Origin: Eledone cirrhosa
Lineage: Eukaryota
Assembly (NCBI GenBank): GCA_964016885.1
Contig: OZ024743.1
Location: forward strand, 371,752,001 to 371,816,000
Direction of reading: 5' to 3'
Length of the DNA: 64,000 bases
Shown one piece after another: positions 38,612 to 50,755 of this stretch; positions within the stretch are counted from its first letter, which is position 1, and every line of letters begins with the position of its first letter. The translations under genes and the position numbers were made by a program. The notes beneath the pieces are model-generated. The model made no database searches, was not told the DNA's origin, and saw nothing but the letters and a program-made list of their open reading frames with translations.

Positions 38612-38956
38612 GGAGGCACATGGCTTAGTGGTTAGAAGATTGGCCTTGCAATCGAAAGGTTGTGAGTTCAATTCTCAGACCGAGTGATGTGTTGTTTCCT
38701 TGAGCAAGACACTTTATTTCACATTGCTCCAGTTTACTCAGCTGTAGAAATGAGATGATAGGGACTGGGGTCCATATCATTCCACTGCAAAGTGGTCGTG
38801 GAGGTACCACGGCAAAAAAGCACCCAGTACTCACTGTAAATGAGGTTGGTGTTAGGAAGGGCATCCAGCTGTAGAAATCAAGCCAGAATCAGTTCTCGTC
38901 CCACCCTTGCAAGCAGGGAAAAGTGGACGTAAAATGATGATTATGATGATGATGAT
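38612..38956 (+). mobile_element. tRNA-head CORE-SINE with RTE-derived 3' half (most complete copy)
   Basis: ggaggcacatggcttagtggttaga...gagttcaattctc, CORE-like block, RTE tail, (GAT)n. Confidence 0.85.
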
Positions 38957-39315
38957 ACACACATATATATATATATACATACATATACATACACATATAT
39001 ATACATACACACATATATATACATACACATATATATATATATACACATATATATATATATACACATATATATATACATACACACATACATAAATATATAT
39101 TCATATATATATACATACACATATATATATACATACACACATATATATACATACACATACATATACACACATATATATACATACACACACACACATGTAT
39201 ATATATATACATATATATACAAACATGCATACATATATAAATACACACCCACACACGCATACATGTATATATATATATATATATATCCACACATGCACAC
39301 ACTATATATATTTTT

Positions 39316-40100
39316 CGTTCTTCACCCACTTATTCCTGAGAGGATCGTGTCAGACGCAGCCGTTTCCAACTGACCTGGCTGGATCTCCAAGAAAGACCAG
39401 CCAAGCTCATGGATGTTATCCAACCATCTTACTCTGAGTCTACCCCTGTGTTTCCTGCCGGTTGGTTTTGTCTGTAAAATTTATCCAGCGATTCTTTCCT
39501 GAGACATTCTAACCACATAACCATAGTATCGAAGCTGTGATCTCCACCTGAAGGGACTCTCTGATCTCAGAGTTACGCACCCTATCGAGTAACGTTACTC
39601 CAAAGACCCTTCGGAGGACCTCTATTTCGGCAGCTTGTATTCTCGATCGTATTCTTTCGGTCATTACCCTAGACTCATGACCATAGGCAAAGGTTGACAC
39701 GAATACCGAATTGAAGATAACAAGTTTGGCTTTTACACCTACCTCCCTTTTTCTAATTCCTGAATGCTGAAGCTGGTGCATTACTGCACCAGCTCCTGCA
39801 ATTTTTGCACTTAATTCAGTCTCTTGCTTGCCATCACTCTTGAACACGACCCCGAGATACTTGAGCTTCTCCACCTGCTTCAGTGGAACTCAATTGACAA
39901 GTAAAATGCACTGCGCAGGCTTCCTAGAGAGGACGAGTGTCTCGGTTTTCGGAGCACTGATTTTCATTTCAGTCATGCAGCAGTTGGCATCAAACCTATC
40001 AAGTGCAAGTCGGAGATCCTCTTCTGTCGAGTTAAGTAACATCATGTCGTCTGCAAATTCCAGCCGACTGATTATACACTCGCCAGTTCCAACTCGGTTG
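39316..40100 (-). mobile_element. Degenerate RTE fragment (Rex3/Expander-like), no PHD insert
   Basis: LEFADD, MKISAPKTE, EKLKYLGV, YGHES, RIQAAE, DRVRNSEIRESL. Confidence 0.8.
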
Positions 40101-40964
40101 CACGTAATCAATATAAAAAAACGTATACAGGAATATATCAAATGTGTGTGTGTATTATACATAAATATATTTATATAGACACATACAAACACAAATAAAT
40201 AAATATGAAACGTTAGAACTTCAGATTGCTTCGCGTTATTTGTTGCAGTACCAGTAATGCACTGGTTAATTGCTGGCCTTGTGCCAAAAGTAGAAACAGT
40301 TATTTGTTGCAGCTCTCTGCGCTCTGAGTTAAAATCGCACTAAGGCCGACTTTGCTTTTGAGGTGGATAACGTGCCAGTCGAATACTGAGGTCTATTCTT
40401 TCTTACACTCCTCTGGACGAAATCGGCTGCTCAGACCTCGGTGGGGATGTGCTCCGCCAGGTTAACAATGCTCAAGGAACGCCGTACGTCATTACAGCGC
40501 CCTATGACTCCATCATGAGTTACGTATTCATACATACAATAGGAAATTACACACATATATATACAAACACGTGTGTGTGTGTGTGTGCGTATTACTCCAT
40601 AGTTTTTCTCGAAAATGCAATCAGACAAGTATTGTTATCGTTATATAGCTCATAGTAGTTTATGACTGAGATGACTTTACTTAACTCTGAAAAAATTTGG
40701 AGATTGAAGGTCGATAAAAAAAAGTACCAGTCATGTACATCAGAAAACTTTACCCCTATAAATTTGTGGTACTGTTTCCAGTATAAGAACTCATTATCCA
40801 TGATACAATTAATTTAGGAACACGCTCTCGGGGGCTTTGGCGATATAAATCTAACACATAAACAAAAAATTGAAACGGAAATGAAGAAATGAGTTGTTTA
40901 TATCAGAAGGGTGATTAATGTATGTAATTTTGCAGAAGACATACATGCAAGGAAGGTCAGTTAC

Positions 40965-42329
40965 CTCATTTTCCCTCTCAATCCGACGTTGTTCGCGCTG
41001 TCTGTTAATAGCGGCATGGGCTTTCGTTTTTACAGGCAGTTTCTTGGCATTCTTGTAGCTTTTGTTCGAAGATAGTTTTAAAATCTCAGACAGAAGTCTT
41101 TCGTTTTCACTCTCAATTTCACGAACCTGATTTTTGTTATATGACAAATTAGTTTTGTGGGTTTTTTTCCGAATCGGAGAGGAATTTTTACTGCTATATT
41201 CTTCCTTGCTAATCTCTTGAACAGCTCGCATAATCAAATTCATGTCCATGTTGCTGCTGTTTTGATCGGCAGCCGTACCGAGTCCGTTTTTCTCAAAAAA
41301 AGGCGGTGAAGAAGACTGGCAACTAGAACTTGGTGCCGATTTACACCTTCTTACCATTGTAGGGCTGCTGTCGCCAGAAGCGAGGGGAGACACATCTGTC
41401 ATCTCAGATGCCGACGAACAATCGCTTTCAAAAGTGTTGCAGTTTAAATCACTTCGATTCGAACTTTGTGAGTAACCGTTTCGTTTCGCACGAGTTTTCT
41501 GCTGTAAAGAAAACCTTTCGGCTAGCGTCATACCCACGCTCTTGCGTAGAATGGCCTGCGGTTGGCTGCCTTTTCCATTCCCTAATGTCTTCAAATATTT
41601 ATCTGTTGGTGTAGAATCCACGCTACACTCATCGTCGTCTTCACTGTTATCTTCTACACTCGCTAAACTATCATCATCATCATTATCATCATCAACATCA
41701 ACGTCATCATCACCATCTATAGAACTCAAATCGGCATCTAAAGACCCGGATTCGGCCTCGACGGATTTTGTGTGTTTAGAATTCTTAGAACAAACAGTGT
41801 TTCTTTGGCTTTCGGTTTTTATCGCAGATTGTTTGTTTGGAGTCGTTTCGTTGTCACCAGCTGGTTGGGAACTATGGGACTGGTTACAGGACGATGAAGA
41901 CTCTTTATCATTTTCCTCGTCAGAGAAATCAGGGAGATCACTTAGGTTACTGTCAGTGTCGTCGGAAATGGAAACATCAAGGCTAGACTGAGCATCATTT
42001 TCATCTGCTAGCAGCGTGCAGTCTTCAATAGTTGGTGTTGTAGCAGATTTCTGTTCGTTTTTTCCTTCTCCTATCAATCCATTCTCCACTTTATCCATGT
42101 CGCTGTCACTTGAACACCCATTCACATTTTGATATGGTCCTTCATTTACTGCAGAAGCGCTGCAAAAGCTGCCATAACAAACTTTTTCTTTCGAGCAAGT
42201 GTGAAAATGTCGATGTCTTCCAGGAGGTGGCTTGCTGTAGACTTTGTTGAAAACGGTGTTCGTACATTCTTGGTCGTTAGATTCATAAAAATCGAAGTCG
42301 ACCGAATCAGTAATGTCCTCCTCGTCCAT
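40965..42329 (-). CDS. CFAP97: Large first coding exon of a cilia- and flagella-associated protein 97 (KIAA1430/Hemingway family) gene; alternative ATG at 42356
   Basis: N-terminal MDEEDITDSVDFDFYE; acidic Ser-rich middle; C-terminal NLSYNKNQVREIESENERLLSEI...AINRQREQRRIEREN matches the KIAA1430 domain from memory; GT donor at 40964; polypyrimidine-AG acceptor at 42707-42708 (exon 40965-42706). Confidence 0.75.
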
Positions 42330-43187
42330 GGACCCTGCCTTGGAAATTGTATTCATGTCTGTAAATCCAACTAACTGATCATGTTTCTTTTTTCTCTCGA
42401 CAATAAAGGTTGATATGATATCTCCGACCAACCCCTTTATGTTTTGTTAGCAACAAGTGACGTCAAGCTCGAGCCGAGAACTGGCGAGATTCAGCGTGAC
42501 TTTCGTCATCATCTCCTCCACCACTCTCTCTCTTTCTACTTTACTTCGCGTTCCCAGGAGACAACACTTTTCTTTGATCTTTCTCTCCCTCTCGTTTTTC
42601 CCTTTCACTTCCCTCTTTATTTCTCTGTCGACTGCTATAACTATCCCTGTAGTACTACTATGCTGTAAATCACGTGTCTTATCCTTTGCCACTCTCTTTC
42701 AGTTCCCTGTTTAAAAAGAAAAAAAAAAAACAATTGACGAGACGGTGGGAGGCACTAACCAGAGAAAGACATTCATAGAGTGATAAAAAGAATGTTAAAA
42801 GGTTGGGTAATTAATTATTTAGAGAAATCACAGAATAGCTTTCTGCTACAAGGAGATCTGTGAAGAAAATAATAACAGACCCAATAAAAGCAGTCACACC
42901 CATGACTCGAAATATACATGCGCCATTGAGACATCCAGCTTAATAACTTTGTTTTTCTATCATCCATTCTGGTTATTTTATTTATTTTTGCTACAAAATC
43001 GATTGTAGTTGCAATAGAATTTATTCACATCGTATTTGGTGACTATTAAAGTAACAATAGAAATACTGCTTGTTAAAGAAATATGTTTTTCCTCTCATTG
43101 ACACAGGGCTTACATATTTGTAAGGGAAAGAATGAATGAATGGTAAAAATCGATTGAAATGCCCACCCCTGAATGGTGTGGTAAGGC

Positions 43188-43390
43188 AAAGTTGTCTCCA
43201 GCGATATTTGATCTCAAACAGAACAAAGGTTGAGACGGAATTAAATACCACAAAATGTTTTGTCCAATCGCTCCCCCCTTTTTTCTGGAGTGGCAGAAAA
43301 TGTGGAGTAACTGGACAAAAAATGTTTTGTGGTATTTAAATCCGTTTCAACCTCTATGTTTTGGTATCAAATATCGCCGGAGACAACTTT
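43188..43390. repeat. Inverted pair of diverged SINE heads forming an imperfect hairpin with ~88-bp arms
   Basis: aaagttgtctccagcgatatttgat...tgtcca versus tggacaa...atcaaatatcgccggagacaacttt. Confidence 0.6.
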
Positions 43391-43404
43391 ACTACTCTAT
43401 CAAG

Positions 43405-43595
43405 CAGCACATTTGGTGGGTGGGGAAAAGTTTAGTCGATTAAATAGACCCTAGTACCTGATCGATCCCTTATTTTATTGGCCCCAGAAAGATGCAAAGC
43501 AGAGTTACTCTTGGCAGGATTTGAACTCAGAACAAAGATACGCAACTAATTGCTGCAGTGTATTTTATCCGTCATTCTACCAACCTATGGACTGG
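43405..43595 (-). mobile_element. Second tRNA-derived SINE family (other pieces at ~40270-40430, ~46890-46998)
   Basis: Minus strand ttctgagttcaaatcctgccaagagtaactctgctttgcatc...aataaaataa. Confidence 0.55.
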
Positions 43596-43959
43596 TTTCT
43601 TTTCTGGGCAATGATGATGATAAGAGTGGTCATATTGATGACAACAATAACTCTTTTTTTTATTCTTTCCTGTCGCATTTTTGTGGAATTTCTCACAGAA
43701 ACTTTTGAAATTAGAATTATATGATTCAGGTATTTATGACAAAAGTATTTATAGGAAATATCAAGAAAGAAAAGTAACTAAACTGTTTGATAAAAACTGA
43801 GAAATTAGTTACCTAATAGCCTGTGTACACACGCACACACATATTATTATATATACTAGCTGGCCCCCTGCCGTAAAAAATGACAGCTAATTGTAATAGC
43901 TTCTTATATATGGGTGGAAAATGACAACGGGTTGGGTGGTGTAGGTATACTATTAGCTG

Positions 43960-46885
43960 ACAAATGAGTAGATAAGGTAATCTCAATGAATAGGGTGAAT
44001 GCAAGAATCATTAAACTTAGACTAGTCCTGAATAAAACAATTACTACAATTATATCAGCTTATGCACTCCCATCTGGGTTGTCAGACGAACTTAAGGATA
44101 GGTTTTATGAGTCCTTAATGCACACTACTGCCCTAACAAACGACAATGATGACTTCCTAATCATTGAAGGAGACTTTAGCGGACACGTTGGGAAATACTG
44201 TGATGGCTTCTATAGAATCCATGGAGGCTACGGGTTTGGCACAACAAATGAAGAAGGCTTCAGGCTTCTAGAATTCTGTGATGCCAATGACATGTCGATA
44301 TGTAACACAAACTTCAAAAAACCCGACAACGACCTGATGACCTATAGATCAAGGGACCGTTCTAGTCAGATAGATTTTTTCCTTATCAGAGAACAAGATA
44401 GATGGACGATTGTAAACACAAAAGCCTTCCCTGGTGAGGAAAGTACCTCCCAACATAACTTAGTTGTCAGTGACCTCATTGTCAGAACTAGAGGAACTTG
44501 GAAACAGAAGGCAACCTGGAGAAGATAAATTTGGAGGCTGAAAGACCCCCTCAGCCAGTAACAGATTTAAAGATATCTTACTTGACGCCTATAACAATAA
44601 AGAAGAACAGATAGAAACATTAAATATAGAAAAACACTGGGAGTTCCTAAAGAATAACTTACTAAAGGCAACAGATGAGATTTGTGGTTGGTGTAAGACC
44701 GTAGAGAGAAAGAGGGTGAGTTGGTGGTGGAACAATAAGGTAGATGAGGCAATTAAGGCTAAGAGACAAGCATGGGAACAATGGAAGAATGGGGGAAAGC
44801 AGGGTACATTACATAGAGACGAAAAGGGAAGCTAGGTGACAAGTATACTTAGCTAGAAACAAAGTGAAGGATAAAAAATTCAAGCATGTTTTGCAGCATG
44901 AGGATCAGAAACAGGGGGTCTTCAGGATTGCAAGAAAATTGTTAGAGGAAATTGCGATGTCATTGGTGAGAAGTGTCTGAGATGACAAAGGTGCACTTAT
45001 CTTCATAGGTGCCGAGAAGAAAGCTGTGTGGAAGACCCATTAGGAAAAATTACTGAATGAGGAGAATGCATGGGAGAAGAGACCCTACCCCATAGATGGC
45101 TCAGCTGTAGAAGTCAGCAGCAGTGTAGTAAGTAAGGCAATTACGGATACTAGATGGCGTCATACCAAATGGCATCATTGTCAACTGCTACAAGGGTAAA
45201 GGAGATGCACTAGATAGAGGAAACTATAGAGGTATAAAGCTGATGGACCAGGTCATGAAAGTAACAGAAAGAGTTATAGCACAGCTGATTAGGGACCAGG
45301 TAAATCTAGATGAGATGCAGTTTTGGTTTGTGCCAAGCAAAAGCACCACTGATGCTCTCTTCTTTGTGAGGCAGTTACAGGAAAAGTACCTAGCTAAAAG
45401 TAAGCTGCTTTACCTGTCATTTGTTGATCTGGAAAAAGCCTTCAACAGAGTGCCCCATGTTATAATCTGGAGGGCTCTTAGAAAACTAGGAGTAGATGAA
45501 TGGCTTGTGAAGGCTGTACAAGCCATGTATAGGGCAGCAGTCATCAATGACTATAGCGAGGAATTTAGCATACAGGTTGGTGTCCACCAGGGCTCTGTTC
45601 TTAGCCCTCTCCTGTTTATTATCATATTGCAGGTTATAACAGAGGAGTTTAAGACCGGATTCCCATGGGAACTTCTGTATGCGGATGATCTTACACTTAT
45701 AGCTGAATCTATGGTGGAATTAGAGAAGAAATTCCAAACATGGAAGCAGGGCCAAAAAAGAAAGAGTCTCGAAGTCAACCTGACAAAGACTAAGGTCCTC
45801 GTAAGTAGAAGAGAAAACAGAACCCAGATCCCCTCAGGGAAATGGCCTGGCGTAGTATGTAGGAAAGGTGTAGGTAGAAATTCCATCCTCTGCCCCAAAT
45901 GCAAATTATGGGTATACAAGAGATGTAGTGGGATCTCAGGAAGTTTAGTTAAGAATGTAGGCTTTACATGTAGCAGTTGCACCAGGATAAAAAGCAAACG
46001 ACCACAGGAAACAAACCCTACCAAATTCTTGGAGGGCTTGGTAGAAACAGTAGACAGCTTCTGCTACCTAGGTGACCGAATTAGCAGTGGAGGTGGGTGT
46101 TCTGAAAGTACAGTAACCAGGGTAAAAACAGGATGGAAGAAGTTCAGGGAGCCACTACCACTGCTAGCTACAAAAGGTTTTCCTCTCAAAATATAGGGAG
46201 ATTGTATGAAGCATGTGTACGAACAGCAATGCTGCATGGTAGTGAGACCTGTGCATTGTCTGCAGAAGACTTGTGAAGATAAGAAAGAAATGAAGCTTGC
46301 ATGCTCCAATGGATGTGTAATAGTAATATACGCGAACAGCAAAGCATAAACGAATGGAGAAAGAGACTAAGCATAAGAGGAATCAAATGCTGAGTGCTGG
46401 AGAGAAGATTACATTGGTATGGACATATGATGCGTATGAAGGATGACAGCTGCATAAAAAGGTGCAGAGCACTAAAAGTCGATGGAGTGGGGAGACCCAA
46501 GAAGTCCTGGGATGAGGTGATAAAAGCTGATCTGCCCAATTGCACCTCTCAAAAGCGATGTCACAGGACCGTGACCTCTGGCGTTACGCAGTAATATAAT
46601 GACCCAACTTCCCGCGGGTACAAGCCAAAGCTGAAGCATATAGGCAGTATGCCCCCACCTTCCTCCCACTGTAAAGTGGTCATGTAGGTGTCACGACAAA
46701 AAAGCACCCAGTCCACATTGTAGAGTGGTCGTGTAGGCGCCACTAACTGTAAATGAGGTTGGTGTTAGGAAGGGCATCCAGCTGTAGAATTCAAACCAAA
46801 ATCAGTTCCGTATGAGCAAGACATGGTCACTGACCTGGCATTGCCCACAACAGAACAACTCGTCTAACTCATGTTAGCGTGGAAT
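43960..46885 (+). mobile_element. Degenerate RTE family B-like LINE
   Basis: APE and RT fragments (YADD, PHD-like residues) with many stops; B-type 3' UTR. Confidence 0.9.
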
Positions 46886-47078
46886 GCTTTATTTTATCAT
46901 CCTTTGGGGATCGATAAAATAAAGCACTGGGGTTGATTCAATCGTCTTTTTCCTCCCCACAAAAAATTGTTGGCCTTGTGCCTAAATCAGAAACCATTAT
47001 ATATATGCTATATATACTATAACTTGAAACTGAAATATCAAACTTTTGTGATTTGTGATTATTGTTGTTATATATGTA

Positions 47079-48790
47079 TCATCATCATCATCATCATCAT
47101 CGTTTAACAACAATGAAATAACATGCAAGCTTCATTCCTTTCCAATCTTCGCAAGTCTTCTGCACACAGCCCAAGTCTCACTACCAAGCAACATTGCTGA
47201 TTGTATGCACGCATTATACAGTCTGATTTTCATCTTGAGGGGAAGACCCTTTTAGCAGTGGTAGTAACTCCCTGAACTTCTTCCATCCTGTTCTTACTCT
47301 GGCTACAGTACTTTTGGAACACCCACCTCCACAGGTGGCAGAAGCTATCAACTGTTCCTACTAAGCCTTCCCAGAATTTGATAGCACTTGTTTCCTGTGG
47401 CCGTTTGCTGCTTACTGACCCGGTGCAACTGTTACATGTAAAGCTTACATGCTTAGCTAAACTTCCTGAAGTCCCACTACATCTTTTGTGTACCTATAAT
47501 TTGCATTTGGGGCAAAGGATGGAATTCCTACCAACACCTTTTTCTAAACACAGAGCAAGGCCATCTCCCTGAGAGGATCTGGGTTCTATTTTCTCTTCTA
47601 CTTACTAGGACCTTTTTGTCAGGTTGACTTTAAAACCTTTTGTTTCTAGGCGCTGCTTCCATGTCTGGAATTTCTTCTCTAGTTCCACCATAGATTCCAC
47701 TATGAGTGTAAAATCATTCATGTACAAGAGTTCCCATTGGCATCCAATCTTAAACTCCTTTGTTATAGCCTGTAGTACGATAATAAACAGGAGAGAGCTA
47801 AGAATAGATTCACACGGGCCCTAATCAGCTGTGCTATAATTCTTTCCATTACTTTCATGACCTGGTCCATCAGCTTCATGCCTCTATAGTTTCCTTTATC
47901 TAGTGCACTCCTTTACTCTTGTAGCAGTTGACAATGATGCTGCTGCACCAATAATTCGGAATGACACCATCTAGTATTACTTGGTTTACAATACATGTGG
48001 TTATGGTGTGACCTATCAACCCAGATGCTTTCAGCATCTTGGTAACTATTTCCAATGGTCAGGCTGCTTTCCCGGTCTTCATATCCTTAATTGCCTTACT
48101 TACTACACTGCTGCTGACTTCTACAGCTGAGCCATCTATAAGGTCCACTTTGGGTAGGGTCTCTTCTCCCATGCATTCTCCTCATTCGATAATTTTTCAT
48201 GGCTCTTCCACGCAGCTTTCTTCTTGGCACCTATGAAGATAAGTGGACCTTTATCATTCCGGACACATTTCTCACCAATAACATAGTAATTTTCTCTAAC
48301 ACACTGCCTCGCAATCCTGAACACCTTCTATTTCTGGTCCTCATGTTGCAAAACATGCTTGAATTTTTTATCCTCCGCTTCCCTCCTTGCTAAATATACT
48401 TGTCACCTAGCTTCTCTTCTGGTAGTGTACCCTGCTTTCCCATTTTTATTTTTTTTCCCTGTCTGTCTCTTGGCCTTAATTGCCTCATCTACCTTATTGT
48501 TCCACCACCCAGTCACTCTCTTTCTCCCTGTAGTCTTGTTCCATCAACAAATCTCAATTGTCGCCTTTAGTAGGTTATTCTTTAGGAACTCCCAGTGTTT
48601 TTCTATATTTAATGTCTCTATCTGTTCTCCTTTACTGTCATAGGCGTCAAGTACAATATCTCTAAATCTGTTACTGACTGAGGGATCTTTCAGCTTCCAG
48701 ATCTTTCTTCTCCAGGTTGCCTTCTGTTTCCAAGTTCGTCTCGCTCTGCCATGAGGTCACTGACTACAAAGTTATATAGGGAGGTACATC
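47079..48790 (-). mobile_element. Degenerate, internally deleted RTE family B-like LINE
   Basis: Reverse-complement similarity to 44450-46300; (CAT)n at 47079-47101. Confidence 0.85.
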
Positions 48791-48799
48791 TTTAACGAA

Positions 48800-49330
48800 A
48801 GGATATTTTTAAGAATTTGTTAGATGGATTAACAAGAATAGATGATTTACTTTATATATAAAGGTTTACTTCACTTCAGTCAAAAAGAACAATAAACATA
48901 TTACCACTAGTTGCGAAGGTTGACAATGTTATTTTTGTTGTTGGTTCATGAGGCTGGTGTAGTCTGAGACCATAGTGAGAGAGAGAGAGTAATGGTCTGT
49001 AGTTGACTGTAGACCACTGTGGCCTGTAGATAGCGGTGATCTTTACATAGCTTGTTGCTAGCGTAATGCTCCGATCTCTCTGTATGTCTGTAGACCTCTG
49101 GGGCCTGAAGGTAGCGGTGAATCTTTCGCATAGTTTGTCTGTATCGTGGTGCTCCGATTTCTCCCTGTATAACGTGAGAATATACAGGCTTTATATACCT
49201 GTCGCTTTCTGTCTCCCACCTCAAGGAGATAGCCCATGTTTCAGAATTAGGGATTTGCATGGCCACCTGGGAATGCATGGGTTCATATTTATCAGGTTGT
49301 TCCATCATCTTCAGCTCATCCATAGATAAC
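48800..49330 (-). mobile_element. Possible LTR remnant related to 52887-53290
   Basis: Reverse complement of 48860-48945 resembles 53200-53287 (..cat.gtcaacctt...actgaagtgaagtaaa). Confidence 0.35.
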
Positions 49331-49760
49331 AATAAACAAAGATTTCTTCTCCAGGAGATGGGAAAGATAATAGCTGAAGTAGCAGCATTAGTTACTTGAT
49401 CAATAAGTCTATAATAATGTATGCGGGGAAATTTGTAGGTAGATAGATAAGCATGTTATATTGAAATATAAGAAAATATATCTTAAATAAAGGAATATCG
49501 AATGATATCTGGGGAAAAGAAAGAAACCCTAGAATAGAACCAAATTTTGAATGGCTGAGAGATTTTAAAGATTCAAGCTTTCATGGAGCCTAGAGGCTAA
49601 CTTGACAATAGGAAGGAGTGAAAATTATAGCTATATTTTAGGGTGTGAGAATGAGAGATAGATAGAGAGGGGGGGGGGGGGGTAGACAGATATTATGGTG
49701 TATACATGTTATATTGGTAAATAGGAAAATAAGAGAAAAGATAGACAAGCATGTTATATC

Positions 49761-49795
<35 letters not shown>

Positions 49796-49831
49796 TAGAA
49801 AAGGGAAGTGAGGTTCTATACAAAACAGGGG

Positions 49832-50054
49832 ATATAGAGAAAAGATGAAGTTGGAAATAGCACAGGAGATATATTTAAGGGTCTGTTTTTCTTTTTTGAT
49901 TCGTCAAAACACGTGTGTTTTTTCAGTCTGTCTGTTAAAGTTACTTTTTAATAACACTATCTTTTCAATAATGTCACTTTCACGAATCAAAAATGAAAAA
50001 CAGACCCTTAAATATATCTCCCGTGCTATTTCCAACTTCATCTTTTCTTTATAT
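49832..50054. mobile_element. MITE-like inverted repeat, ~75-bp arms
   Basis: agaaaagatgaagttggaaatagcac.ggagatatatttaagggtctgttttt and its reverse complement at ~49980-50050. Confidence 0.75.
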
Positions 50055-50755
50055 ATATATTATATTTGTTTTGCAAGGTTTCTGATATGAAATTGGGTAT
50101 CGAAACAAATATTGTTATACTTGGGAAGGGTCATATCATAACTGTAATAAAGAGAGGAGTGTGGGACTGCGTCCCAAATATATATTTTTTATCCCATTAG
50201 TAAAATAAGTTGGATTACTTGGAATAAATAATGAATGAATATTACATAATTTATCTAATAAATTTCGTAGCTGTTGATTAAACATAAATATTCTTATATA
50301 TAATGATTGCTTATTTTAAGATTCACTTCTTTTAACATTTTCAAATGTCTACACTTCCTGTTAGCGTCCGTTATATCATAACACTTATTACATTGCTTAT
50401 ATAAACATTCGTACATTTGCATCGTTATATAAGGTTTCATTACATTTCACTGTAATGCAGTTTATATATAATATCGTCTTTTTAAAATGTATCATGGGTT
50501 ACTTTATTGATTACAGAAGAGAGTGTCACACAGTCTCTCTTCAATTTCTGTGCATATTGTCAATTACGATTTTATTTGACATATCATATCTACATTCATA
50601 TAATATCAATATGCATATTTACATACACATTTACACGATTTATTTTTTCCAAAATTTCTCTGCACACTGAGCATGGGAGCAGTGTCCTCGATTTATGTGT
50701 TTCAGGACATGCTCCTATGATCAAATTTCGCTACCTCTTTTGGGTGGGGAACTAA

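Noticed and set aside
38612-38685. tRNA gene candidates (also ~2030-2089, ~20891-20960, ~34247-34305)
   Set aside because: No complete cloverleaf; they are SINE heads or tRNA-derived pieces
42447-42692. N-terminal extension of the CFAP97 ORF
   Set aside because: Same frame but separated by a TAA; the family-like N-terminus starts at 42329, so this is likely 5' UTR
43855-43900. Helitron 3' end (actagctggcccc...)
   Set aside because: Short, with no matching 5' end; insufficient support
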